Source: Neoechinorhynchus agilis (Eukaryota > Animalia > Acanthocephala). From it: 64,000 nucleotides of DNA. The translations under genes and the position numbers were made by a program. The stretch spans positions 16,718,784 to 16,782,783 of the forward strand of contig CM121341.1 of the NCBI GenBank assembly GCA_051530055.1, written 5' to 3'. Under the pieces are notes generated by a model that was not told where the DNA came from, made no database searches, and saw only the letters and a list, made by a program, of their open reading frames with translations. This document shows positions 36,006 through 47,757 of this stretch, piece after piece; position 1 is the stretch's first letter, and each line of letters starts with the position of its first letter.

Positions 36006-36349
36006 GTGATTTATGTATTAAAGGTGTAAGACGGCTTCGAACAAAGTGCGGTTTCTCAATTTAGGGTATTTTTTAACATTTCAAAAAAGAGGGTTAGTAA
36101 GCTTTTGAGCCAAACATTAATCTCTTTTGATATGTCGCCTCCGAAATACCGTAATCAATAAATTTCTTTTAATTTTCCGCCATATAAAAACATGAACAAT
36201 TCAATCTTCAAACAAGCGGACAAAGTCCCAAATCAAGAGGAGCCAAGACATTTCTTAGATTACGGAATGACGGTTCAAATTGAGCGATTAGTTGCTTAAT
36301 TTCAACAAGTACAAAAACCGTTTACTCTGCGGCTCCAAAATCATAAGAA

Positions 36350-37200
36350 CAACGTTAATAATAACACGTTTTATTTCAGGGAAAATACAAACCACCGAAC
36401 CATGCACTTTAGGTATCTGGCGAAAATTGCTAAAGTTTTGTACGGATTTTTTCTGTTATTCAACCTTTGCAGGGGAAAACGTTAAGTTGTTAGTTAATGT
36501 TGTTTTCCGTCCTTTTCCGAATCAATTCGCACTTGGACAATTGAGCGGTGGAGAAGAAAGAGCGGGGGTAGAGATTTGTGCGAGGAACTGAAGGATGGAA
36601 AATGTTGGGGCGACGCGAGTGTTGTAAGTGTGAGTAAAAGGAGAAATCTGTGGTAGAAAATGAAGAGGAGGAAGATAATGAAGGTGCTTTGAGTGCTTTT
36701 TAAAGATTGGATAGAGGTGTTTTTCTAAGGGTATGAATTTGGAGGAGCAGAGTAGAGCGCACCCCTTGTGAAATGTATTAAGTTTTTTGAATAGATTAAA
36801 AGAAAAATTGCAAAAGGTTGGATATGCGTTGGTAGGATGGCCGATGTATAATAGTACTTAAGATCTGTGGATGACATTCCAAGGACTTGGAATTGTTTAA
36901 GAAGATAAAGTTTAATGGACCCTTTGTGCGACAAGATTGATGTGTGCTTGTCCCATTTTAGATTTTGCTGAAAACGAAGACCCAGTATACGAATAGAGAA
37001 GACACGATTGATAGGGAAAGGAAGAAGTGGCTGAAAGGAAGGGCTATTTGAGATTGAGGGGACGATTTCGACGCACTTTGTTAAGTTAAGGCGTAGAGAT
37101 TTGGATGAATGAAATTTGTTTAAATCGGCATCTAATTGCACGAGGTCGGCAGCTGAATGGTCCGAAGTGGTGGTGTGAATAATATATTGTTGCCTTTTCA
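36350..37200 (-). mobile_element. CR1-group LINE 3' fragment
   Basis: LQLDADLNKF...LRLNLTKC, ILGLRFQQNLKWDKH, IKLYLLKQ; 3' end AATAAAACGTGTTATTATT. Confidence 0.85.
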
Positions 37201-37484
37201 TATTAATCTACCTTTAATAATTAAGTAATGTCCCTATTTGTTCAATTTGAACGACGATCCTCTGCTGTTTGACTTATGAGTTTAATGTGAAAAATGAACT
37301 AAATAATAGGAAAACTGTGTTCATTGACTCCAATTGGATTTCGGTATTCGCACCACCGCAACTCCCCAGCCGTAGAACGAGCAACAAACTATTAGATTCA
37401 ACAATTCCATTTGATCTTCCCTGAGGCGCACGCACACATACGATAATCAAGCTAAGCCATTATATCCTCTACTATTTTCGAACC

Positions 37485-38637
37485 TCACCATTCAGCTTCT
37501 CCGTAAGCCTTAGAGAAAACGTACTCTCTGCCATCCACATGCATAACAGCATCTTTGATAGCAAACTTCCATTTCGCTTTTGCGCGGCTAATTTTGTCAT
37601 ATTTGCAAATAATAATGTTACTCGTAGAATGAACTCCAGATTGTTCTTCATCTGTGAGATCATCATCAGAGTTCAAAGGATCCACATCTTCAACTGGTTC
37701 TGCGGTCGCTTCTTGCTCAGTAGCTGTAGCTGTCAAATCTATGCCGGACACATGACTAAACTCATCACTATCAGATAAACCAGTCTCGTCTTCCTCAATA
37801 TCAGATTCATCTCCATTATCTTCGTCACTTGAGTCATCGGGATCATCCGATTGATCGTCGGATGAAGAATGATCACGTTTACCATCCATTTGGCTAATGT
37901 CACTACGCTTTTTGACCGAATCAATCACCGTCGGTCCTGTCGATGATTGAACTGTTTGTGGGACAAATCCAAGGGATGAAACTGGATGCGCGGTTGGCCA
38001 TTGTCTCGCCCGTATGTCCGAACAAACCATTGGCTCCTTTTTTATCTCCGACCAACTGTCTCTAAAGAAGTTTAAACCTGCCTCTGAGATTGCGGGTTTT
38101 GTAGTCGTTAAAGGATTGGTGATAGGAATTGCAGGCGAGTTCCTATTTGAATTATTGCCAGCATATCGATTTACCATCGGTAGAGCTGATCTTCTGTTGT
38201 TACTTTGTACATTTCCAACTAACTGTACGAACGGTTGTTGCATTGGAACCACGTGAATATCTCTTGGCTCAGTTTTGACAACGTGTGGATGATGAATCGA
38301 TTGTCCGATATACATTGTTTGCTTTGAATGTCTTTGAGTATTGGTTTGTGATCGAAGATCTGATATTTGACCCAACACACCGGACTGAATCAACCGCTGC
38401 TCCCAGCCCTATTTTAGGAGAAAAGTAAAGCCGGTAATTTTTTAAATAGGTGAAATGTATACTTTACGTATCAAGTCCACTCTGTCCTGCCCAATACCTT
38501 TATCCTTAAACAACTTCGATACCCGGTCCAATGATTCATCGATTACTTCACAATACAACTTTTGCTACGATATTAGAGTAAGCAATGAAAATGAGGACGA
38601 GTTCAACGAATACCGTTTGATTCGGATGATGTTGCAT
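37485..38637 (-). CDS. GTF2A1: Transcription factor IIA alpha/beta; 3 exons (38637-38614, 38564-38463, 38408-37485), 349 aa
   Basis: Splicing of 49- and 54-nt GT-AG introns gives MQHHPNQT|QKLYCEVIDE...LIRK|GWEQRLIQSG. QMDG taspase-type site, acidic linker, DPLNSDDD...CKYDKISRAKAKWKF...GREYVFSKAYGEAEW. Confidence 0.95.
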
Positions 38638-38782
38638 GTAATCTGGGTATGAATATGAGTTCGGTATCATATCTGAAACTTTTGGTAGCGCTATCAATGA
38701 ACCAAAATTAGAACTGCTAAATGTGCCAGAAACGACTTTAAAAAAGACAAATATAGCATTGTGTGAAGAGTGAATCGTTTAG

Positions 38783-38960
38783 GTTTTTATATAGCGGAAA
38801 AATTGAAGTAATTTATTTATTGAATCCGATATTTCGGCACCATCAGGTTGTTTAAGTGTTTTATTGGCCTTAAACCAATTCGATAAAGGTACACGATTGC
38901 GCCGAAATATCGGATTTAACAATAAATTACTTCAATTTTTCCGCCACATTAAAAATATAA
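38783..38960. mobile_element. MITE family M copy
   Basis: GCGGAAAAATTGAAGTAATTTATT...ATCCGATATTTCGGC / GCCGAAATATCGGAT...AATAAATTACTTCAATTTTTCCGC. Confidence 0.8.
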
Positions 38961-39910
38961 CATTGTTTTTAAATAACACTTTCATTTGTTCGAAGTTTGC
39001 AGATAAACGTCAGCGATTAATCATCTTATCTGTGATGAATTAAGCTTTTTTAAGTCACATTCATCAATGATGACCTTTCTTCGAATCTTATACTACAAAA
39101 CTGATTATTGCTTGCTCCAATTCGTAAGCCGAACTTAGCGCCTTTCGTCCAGTGAGCCATTCTCACTACACGAGTCCGTAACTATCAGAACCATAATCGT
39201 GTGTTCGCTACACAAATTAGTTGGAGTGCAATGAGCTTAAATCAACACTTTGTTTACAAGAAGTTCTTAATAAATACAAGGATAAACGCGTTTTACTTGA
39301 ACTTATCAATTACTTTTAAGTAGTGAATCTAAGATTCTAAGAAAGAGAGCCGGGCTATTGTGGGCATGATTTTTTCAAAATTAATTGAGGATTATATTTG
39401 ATGGAATTTATACGAAGGATCGGTGCTAATTGCTTGATCGCATAGGTATCGCATAAATCGACAAAATAGGGAAGATGTCAAAATGGAAACATATAATGAA
39501 CGAACTTAGATGGCTTTATGTTCTACAAAGGCACACATCGACAATCGAACAATGGATTCGACAGTTTCTTTTCAATGCAACAAATAATTGAATTGTTCGC
39601 CGCGTTGCATTTAACTGCAATTGTATTTTTGACGCTTCTAAACCCGATCCGAGTCACTGGTTTCTTTTTAATGGAAAAACCAGTTACGCCAAATAAAACT
39701 CGCGTACTTCTCGTTTATACAGATCATAGCACAGATTTGAGCAGTATAACGAATATATTTTGTCAGCTATAGAAAAAAGGTCTCAGAAATTGATCGTTAC
39801 AATATTGCGATTGATAATGTCTAACAAAGATGAACAAGAATTATGAAATTGATACACGGGTCCTTTTCTTTGTTAATTAAAAAATAAACGTGTTATATTA
39901 AGTTTTGTAT

Positions 39911-40128
39911 TTTCGAAAATGGACACTTGACAGGGAAAAGAAGCTTTTGCTGTCCAGGAACCTACAAAGTGGCGTGGAGATGTAAAGTGGGTTTTAACAT
40001 AGCGATAAGCCGTAAGACTGCGAAAGCTTTTTAAGTGTCAATTTGAGAAACAAAACTTGGTAAATATAACTTGTGCCAAAAGCCGTAATCTTTATTCTTA
40101 CCGTTCCGCCCAAGTGTCCATTTCGAGA
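39911..40128. mobile_element. MITE-like element with short TIRs
   Basis: CGAAAATGGACACTTG / CAAGTGTCCATTTCG. Confidence 0.45.
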
Positions 40129-40713
40129 AAAAAACTTGATCAATCATGCGACTGGAAAATCAAGTATTATTTCGTACGTTATGAAGTGATAATTTGAGAA
40201 GAAAATTAAAAAGCCTCGACAAAATAGAGTTTTGTTATGTGTGTGCGCTCGTTTATTGGTGGATTCGATATTTCACAATTTTATACAAAAGTCCACGAAC
40301 TCAAAGCTCATTTCTTAGATTTATTGATTTCATTTTAATCGCGTATAGCCGTTTCAAATTACTAGGTTTAATATTTTTGAGGGTCCTTTTATGAAACACC
40401 TCAGTTCGAGAGGTGACGCTCGGCAAATAAAGCGAGAGCGATTTTTCAACAGTACATGAATAAAAAACCGAAACTAGAATTCAGAGGTCCATGTGAAAAC
40501 TTGTTTGAAACTATTTTATGCTACAAACGAAAGAGTAACAAGCTAGCTCGACAATGGACATAAAATGAGACCTCATCAAACGAGCATTCAGCGGGTAAAC
40601 ATTATTGAGTTCTTTCGTAAGTTGAGTTTTATTGCAATTATGTAGATGGCTAGAACAAAGTCGCGTCCTAGGTTCTTCGTTTGTTAAAATGGCGTTTTTT
40701 TGGTCGCAGCAAT

Positions 40714-41682
40714 TTACGATGCAGTTGTGGTGTTTCGACGGCGTAAGCTATTCCCTAGATTGAATGGAACAAAATTACAACAATACGTTTTATTTTGTTT
40801 AAGAAGTGGAACCATGTACCTCTGGGTACTCTTGATCACCTTAGAGTTGATGACGTATCCGGAAATTGGAATGGATGACGGCCGACGACAGAGAGAAAGC
40901 AAAAACATTTTATTATAGACCAAATCAGCGATCGAATCACACGCGCTGCTGCATTTGAAGTTGTCAAAATCTGCTTGCATTGACCTATTAAACGGTATTC
41001 GTCCCACATACGCGACTCCTGTCTTTTTGGATAAATCGGTAACGGTTTGAAAACTATTATTTTCGAACAAAGAAACCATGGTATGACATTCAGAGCATTC
41101 GAGTTCACCATCTTCACCTGCCATGTTCTCCACAATTCCGATGATTTCTACTTGCATCTTTGTGCAAAACGTCACTTGTCTTCGGACGTCACAAATGGAC
41201 AATAGATGATTCGTGGATACTAACAAAGCAGCGACATTTGCTCCTATCTTCTTTATGGCATCGATGATGGCTATGTGTTCATCAGATGTTCCCGGCGGTG
41301 TGTCAATAATCGTCAGAACGTTCGACTCAGCGTCTGGCCATTTGACAGAATCCATTAGCTTATCGATAAAGGCGCATTTCTTAGGTCCGCGCCAAATAAC
41401 TGCATCCGAATCGGATTTAAGAAGGCACGAAATTGACATAAGATGTATTGGAGAACCTTTGTTGTTCTTGATTTCTATTGGAATCCACTTGTCGTTATCA
41501 ACAATAACTTTTTCTACCTTGACACCCATCAGTCTAGCCATCGAAGGTCCACTCAAATCAACGTCCAGAATTCGGATCGACGATACTTTGGTTGATAGGC
41601 GCATGGCAAGTGCACGGGCAATGCTGCTCTTTCCGACGCCACCCTTTCCGGATATTACCAACAAAAAGCACTGTCGTTGCAT
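40714..41682 (-). CDS. NUBP2: Cytosolic Fe-S assembly factor NUBP2/Cfd1, intronless, with extended C-terminus
   Basis: SGKGGVGKSS, DVDLSGPS, AVIWRGPKK, IDTPPGTSDEH, GIVENM and CSEC; no N-terminal 4-Cys extension (which NUBP1 has). Confidence 0.9.
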   Translation of the reverse strand: MQRQCFLLVISGKGGVGKSSIARALAMRLSTKVSSIRILDVDLSGPSMARLMGVKVEKVIVDNDKWIPIEIKNNKGSPIHLMSISCLLKSDSDAVIWRGPKKCAFIDKLMDSVKWPDAESNVLTIIDTPPGTSDEHIAIIDAIKKIGANVAALLVSTNHLLSICDVRRQVTFCTKMQVEIIGIVENMAGEDGELECSECHTMVSLFENNSFQTVTDLSKKTGVAYVGRIPFNRSMQADFDNFKCSSACDSIADLVYNKMFLLSLCRRPSSIPISGYVINSKVIKSTQRYMVPLLKQNKTYCCNFVPFNLGNSLRRRNTTTAS

Positions 41683-41850
41683 TTTTATAATATCTAAATT
41701 CAAAGGTTTTCCTGGGGGTTTTCAGCTGTAAACTAGTCATAAAATTTTGTTTCCGCAAAATTAAAGGGATTTATCAGAACTTCTTAGTTTTCCCCACCTC
41801 TAGGATTCAAAAATTCCCTGATTTATTTTCCCCCGATATTTCACCTCTCG

Positions 41851-41980
41851 GAAAATTCGGACATTTCCCCGGTTTGCCACATCTAAAATACGTTTGTAAG
41901 CTTTTAAATAAAGGAACACGAGCTTAAATACTTAAAGGCATATTATAGATGTGGCATACCGGGGAAATGTCGGAATTATC
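41851..41980. mobile_element. MITE-like inverted repeat
   Basis: AATTCGGACATTTCCCCGGTTTGCCACATCTA / TAGATGTGGCATACCGGGGAAATGTCGGAATT. Confidence 0.7.
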
Positions 41981-42293
41981 CTAGATGTTAAATTTATGGC
42001 CGCATTCAACATCTAACTACCAAAGAAAGATCTGATTCAGTGGAGATTCTTTTAATGTTCCGCCGCCCCAAAAACACTGACGTCACTCATCGCTTCCCCC
42101 TTCCCCGAGCGAATTATGCTTCTTCAAACGATAAACAAACCAGTTACGCGGTTTAAAATACGTCACACCCGTCTCCTACTCTAATTGGCTGTTTCATTTC
42201 TATTCTGGAAGAACACAAAATGCGCCTTTGACTTCTTCGCCGCAAGGCCGCACACTCCGGCGTACCACACACACTCGCCTCTTCCTTTTCAAG

Positions 42294-44489
42294 ATGACGG
42301 ATTTCGTGAAAGACAACTCAATTCAAAAACGTCAGGACAGCTCGTCAACTCTTTCAAAGTCCCCAACTTCTCCTCCTACGTCGACAACGACAGATACGCG
42401 CGCTGAGCCACCGCTGGATGCTAGAATTGTACGCGATGCAATTGACGAGGTAACCCAGAGGCTACTTCGTTTTTCGTATAGAATCGAGAACCAGGTCGCC
42501 AGTGCCATCGCTAGCATTACGCCAATGATAAACTCAATGACGTCAGCGATCGATGAAATGCGAATGGAATGCGCTATGAATAGACGGCGGATGCAGATGA
42601 TCATTGAGATGCAACAGACGAACGATGGAGATGCCAATAGGAAAGTGACGAACTTTAACTCTATTTGTGAAGGAATGACTCAGAAAGTTAGCGATTTAGA
42701 ACAAGCATTGTCCCGATTGACCCTCAAAGCAGACCAAACGCGACCTGCCATGGTACAACAATTCCCAATGTATGGTCCTCCTCCAATGTATCGATCACTT
42801 CCTCCTCATCAGCAGCCACTGAATCCAAATGCCTACGCTCAAATGATGGTCCGTCCACAGCTTCATCCCCAAGGAATGCAAAGCACTTTTGGGTCCACTG
42901 GTCCATCGTGGCAGTCAATGCCACCTCAACAACCACCACCGCCACCAACAATGTTCTCACCGCAACAACCTCAGATGTTCCCTCCACCGCCACAACCGGA
43001 ACGAGGTATACCCGATATCAGAGGAGAGAAACTACCACGTCGCGCTGCTCAAGTCTTTTGCTCGAAACCAGAATCAGATGATGATGATGAAGATTCCGAG
43101 TATGACGAAGAAGAAGCGGGCGAAGAAGATGAGGAAAGTGACGGTTTAAGCGAACCGGAACAGAAACAAATGAACTTTAAGCCAGCTTCAATGTTCGAAA
43201 AACCCCTTGCGAAACCGGAGTTTATCTTCGGTCAGGGGAAGAAAGCTTGTCAACAGTCTTTCGACAAGAATCAGAAAGGAATTCTAAAGGAATCTTTAAA
43301 AAAAGATACTCCTGTTATCAGTGAGTCCAAATCAATATTTGGAAATTCAAAACCCGTAAATATCTTCGGTGCTCCAATACAAGTCAAACCAGCGGACAAA
43401 CCAACCTTTCAGTTCAATAAGGAACCTAGTGTTTCGGCCATTCCAAAATCTCCTTCAATCTTTGATACCAACCAAGACAAGGCTGCTAAACCATTTTCTG
43501 CTCCTCAATTAGCAAAAGCACCCGAATCCAAGTTCGCGTTTTCATTTAAACCAGCTACGGATCCGAAGGAACCAAAATCTACGGTGCAACAACAGACGTC
43601 GTCCAATGACAAACAACCAACTAGCTGTTTTGGATCTCTTAAATTTGGAGACCTTCCTCCTGCGTCACCTAAGGATAAGCAGACCACGACGCCTTCACTT
43701 TTCGCTGGATTTGCTTCTCAACCATCTTCAAAATCCTTAAATACTCCTGTGTTTGGTAGTGGTAGTACTACAGCTGGATCAACAGGCAATCCGTTTTTGG
43801 ATGCTCAAAAACAAGTTTCCAACTTTGTAGGCACGGATAAAGGCACCAAGGACACTGGTATTGTGTTTGGATCAAGTTTAAAACAGGGTGACTCGAAGAT
43901 CGGATCAAGTAATTTGTTCGCTTCTGCAACTTCGCGATCTGCTGAGAAAGTTACACCGTTATTCGGCAATGCGCCACGAGGAGCAGCAAATGCGGATAAT
44001 GGTCGAGATTCCACGGAACCTGCCAACGATGCTTTTAGTTCAAGTGACTACAAACCTATTCTTTCCTTACCAGAGAAAGTAGATTTGTCAACGGGGGAGG
44101 AGAAACACGAGATTCTTTTTAAAAGTGATCCGTGTATTCTGTACAAGTTCGAGAGTGCGGATAAAGCTGAATGGAAGGAATGCGGGCGTGGATCGGTTAG
44201 TATTGGTCGAGATGACAAGAACAGATATCGATTGATATTTCGACGTGATCAAGTTTTAAAGTTGGCTGCTAATCACATTCTCGATTCTTCAATCAAGTTC
44301 ATTCCTCGCTCTAATAAGCCGAATTGTCTTTGTTGGTACGCAAATGACTTCGCGATCGATCCAGAGGGTCAAATGGCAACATTCTGTATTCGATTCAAGA
44401 CGGCAACGGATCCGCACAAGTTTGTCAACGCTTGTGCCTCAGCTGGTGCTGAAGTGCCTACTGTGCCTGAGGTTTGCGACATGAAGTAA
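42294..44489 (+). CDS. FG-repeat nucleoporin with a single C-terminal Ran-binding domain (RanBP2/Nup358-like)
   Basis: Predicted coiled coil, P/Q-rich and acidic tracts, many FG/FxFG motifs, RanBD LPEKVDLSTGEE...EWKECGRG...RRDQVLKLAANH. First ATG at 42294, directly after a TTTTCAAG acceptor. Confidence 0.82.
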   Translation: MTDFVKDNSIQKRQDSSSTLSKSPTSPPTSTTTDTRAEPPLDARIVRDAIDEVTQRLLRFSYRIENQVASAIASITPMINSMTSAIDEMRMECAMNRRRMQMIIEMQQTNDGDANRKVTNFNSICEGMTQKVSDLEQALSRLTLKADQTRPAMVQQFPMYGPPPMYRSLPPHQQPLNPNAYAQMMVRPQLHPQGMQSTFGSTGPSWQSMPPQQPPPPPTMFSPQQPQMFPPPPQPERGIPDIRGEKLPRRAAQVFCSKPESDDDDEDSEYDEEEAGEEDEESDGLSEPEQKQMNFKPASMFEKPLAKPEFIFGQGKKACQQSFDKNQKGILKESLKKDTPVISESKSIFGNSKPVNIFGAPIQVKPADKPTFQFNKEPSVSAIPKSPSIFDTNQDKAAKPFSAPQLAKAPESKFAFSFKPATDPKEPKSTVQQQTSSNDKQPTSCFGSLKFGDLPPASPKDKQTTTPSLFAGFASQPSSKSLNTPVFGSGSTTAGSTGNPFLDAQKQVSNFVGTDKGTKDTGIVFGSSLKQGDSKIGSSNLFASATSRSAEKVTPLFGNAPRGAANADNGRDSTEPANDAFSSSDYKPILSLPEKVDLSTGEEKHEILFKSDPCILYKFESADKAEWKECGRGSVSIGRDDKNRYRLIFRRDQVLKLAANHILDSSIKFIPRSNKPNCLCWYANDFAIDPEGQMATFCIRFKTATDPHKFVNACASAGAEVPTVPEVCDMK

Positions 44490-44819
44490 TCATGAACGGA
44501 AAAAAGATTGGTGTTCGCTTCATTAAATGCTCCTCGCTAATCAGTTTAATTTTTTGACGATTCGCTTTAGAATACGCTGAAGAAATTTTTATCCGTTCTT
44601 TTCCACCGATTTTCTAGACATGTCTGCTGTTTTCCGCTTCAACGATTATTTCAATTCATCAATTTAAAACTAATCGTTATAATACGAGAAGTATCTCTTG
44701 TCTTTTAGAACTACATGTTTGAAATTTCTCCACTCCTACAATGACATGGATCTTTACAACAAAATAAAAATCATATAGTAACCATAATACCAGATAAGGA
44801 GATTGAAATATTTTACAAG

Positions 44820-45730
44820 GAATAATAATAACACGTTTATTGTTAACAAAAATATAAAGAATATGAGGACTCATGTACCTTTGGGTCCTCATAAGCATTC
44901 GCTCGGGTGGAAATATCTAGTCGGAGGGACGTCCAATCGGGTGAGACTTCGGTAGGGGGGATGTCCGTTCGGGTGAAAATATCCTGTCGGGTTGGATGAC
45001 CCGTTCTGTTGTGAATTAGTGGTTATTGTGTGCAGGAGCGCTTGTAAGGTTGGTCTTTCCTCGGGTTCATTTCAAGTTCTTATATCCGAGAAGATTAAGC
45101 ACCATGGAAAAAGGATAGAGTTTAAGGAGAGGGAGAGGTGGATGGGTGATGAGGGTAAGATCGTCGGCGTATAAGAAAATTTTTAGTGAGAGGCGAGAGG
45201 TTTGAAGTCGTTTAGGAAAATATTAAAGAGAAGTGGTGACAGCACCTTGAGGTACGCCTTTGGTGAGGGATTTGATGATTGACGAGGTAGATCGGCAGTG
45301 AATGTATTGTTTGCGATTGTGAAGATAAGATTCGAACCCGGCGGATCTGCCACAATTTGAGACGAAAATCGGAGCAAGCTTGGATAAGGAGTGTTGTCGA
45401 AGAGGGCATCGGATGCAAAAAATCTGGGTCGGAAGCCAAATTGTAGAGGCGATAACTTTTCGTTGAGAAGCGAAAGAAGGCGAGATTTAAAACATTTCGA
45501 TGATTTTTGAAAGTGGGTAGAATGGATATTGGACGGAATGATTCGGCCGAAATAGGATGCCTTTTTTTGGAACAAGAATAACTTTAGCAGTTTTCAGGCA
45601 TGAGGGGTGGATGCCATATAAAAAGCTGAGGTTTACAATGTTGATAAAAGGGTCGACGAGTTCGGGGATGATGTAGCGAAGAGCCCAGTTGGGGATTTCG
45701 GATCGAGAGGACGAATTTCGAGGTAATTTC
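44820..45730 (-). mobile_element. CR1-group LINE fragment
   Basis: LSPLQFGFRP, LSPLLFNIFLNDF, YADDL; the 3' end matches 21190-21420. Confidence 0.82.
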
Positions 45731-46029
45731 GCCTTCGCAATATATTACAATTCGATAAACTATGTTTTATCAGGGATTATGATCACTAGAACACCAAATA
45801 GAAAATGAAGATTTATTGAATTTAATTTTTTACAGGTTTTACAACATGAACAGTCAAGTTTTTTAGTTCATAATTGGTTATTGCAGTGTCTCTGTCGACT
45901 ACGATGGATTTGATTCAATTCGTTCGAATAAATTCTTGTAGCAAACTTCATGACCTCCATTAACATTTATTTTACCGAAGAATAGTTTTATTAAGTTCTT
46001 AGAGGAATTGCGCAGATTACTTTCGGGCA

Positions 46030-47757
46030 ATCATGTTTTGTTTTTAATGGACACTTGAGCGGGCTGCTGTAACGATTTGAGCTTCCGTCGTCTTACAGCT
46101 TTCTCAGGAATCAACAAATGCGCGTGGAGATGTGAAGTGAGTGAAAGCTGCGACAACGAAACGGCAAAGTGTCGAGCTAATGCCCAGAACTCTCTCGCAT
46201 TGTCTACGGAAACACAATCCCCTTCCAACCGCTCGGGATATAAATAGTGCCTCGTCAATAGATAGTTCCTACGGGTCCTTGGCCAAAAACCTAACTTACG
46301 TCGAGAGTATTATTTCTCCGGCACTGAGTGGTGTTTTGCCCATGCGTCAGGATTCAGTGTGTTGCGAGTGCTTTTCATCAAACGTTGAAGCATAGGATGT
46401 TCATTTTTGCCTATCTATAGATGATCCTGTGATTGTCATGGGGCGAACATCGTTCGCTGATAATCTCGTAGACCACGAAGCTTCGAGTGCAAATCGAATC
46501 TTGTCGCCCATTTTTGTCCAAGGACTTCCCTGGTCCATGAGTACACATCAATGACCGATGCTAGTCATCTTTCCGGCGTTTCATGATGCCCGGTTCTCGT
46601 CAGGATTCGCCGAATTGCAGGCGCACTTCTGTGGACAATCCGAAAATCCATTCCCGGCAGTCGCAGCAGCTTTCGAACGTCACTAGTGAACTTTTCACTG
46701 ATATATGGGGCCTTGAGAATCGGGTTTCCTCCATATAGATTCTGGGAAAGATCATCTTTCCGTTTCTCTTCTCTTGAATGACACCGTTGCTGGGACCGCA
46801 TGATCTCGTTACGTTTGTATCCATCATCTGCGAAAATTGCGTTCAATATCTCTATCGCCAATCGTTTCTCCGTTAATGACGATGAGCAAACCAGTGTTGT
46901 CCTGTCCATCTCAGCATTATATTGCTTGTTTCATTAAACAAGGATAATGCGAATTTCGATGCATGGCTGTCCTTTTACGGTTTGCGATATTAACTGAAAT
47001 CAGTGATATTATTAATTTGTAAGCACAAATTGAGGAACGGTAGATAATCCGATTTTTGTCTCGCGTCGGCTTAATTCTACCTGATCCCACAATCACATTA
47101 TTCACATTGTGGAGATAAATTTTGCTCAACGTTATATGCGGGAATTCGCACTGCATCTCCAAATCATCGAGGAAAATCAATGCCAAGACGGTAGCAAGGC
47201 TGTTTCCCATTTACAGTCCATGGATTTGTCTGTAACATCGGTCGTTATATCGAAAGTGAGTCCAGTCACGTCCGTCGGTAGCATTCCCAATATATTTAAG
47301 TCCTCTTCGTCCTCATTCAACCACTTCTCGCGTACGCTTCCTCACTGTCGACGTTCTTCCCCTAATTTGTCATAAGCGACGGAATAATACCGTTTCGGAG
47401 ACATCGCTTGAGGAATAGAATTCGCTGCTTTTGACCCTTTAACGCCCTCAAAATCGTCATGTAGTTTGTGACAGTAGTAAAATCGAACCTAACTCGAGCT
47501 GAAGACATACTTGCACAGTCGATTCGTAATTCATTGAGTGATAAAGGCGAAGACCTAATTTCTATCGATAAAGGTGTAGAAAAGATCATGATGGAGCGAT
47601 TACTGCGAGATGGGAAGGACGATTGTGAATTGAAGTGCACGACGTTGAACAGCATCTTTCGTGAAGTGATAGCCACAAGAGACGTGAAAGATTTTATAAA
47701 ACTTCCATGTTGATGCTGCATTATTATTATTTCATGACAGAAAATCAACAGGTCCAC
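46030..47757 (-). mobile_element. Penelope-like element, internally deleted
   Basis: N-terminal ILFLKRCLRNGIIP, RT MGNSLATVLALIFLDDLE, KAPYISEK, GIY-YIG VVYEI...IGK...QRL. Confidence 0.78.

Noticed and set aside
42078-42085. TGACGTCA (CRE/ATF site) in the NUBP2-nucleoporin divergent intergenic region
   Set aside because: A single 8-mer without conservation or expression data is not evidence of function.
41213-44082. ORFs overlapping NUBP2 and the nucleoporin on the opposite strand or in alternative frames
   Set aside because: Shadow ORFs with no recognisable motifs, overlapping well-supported genes.
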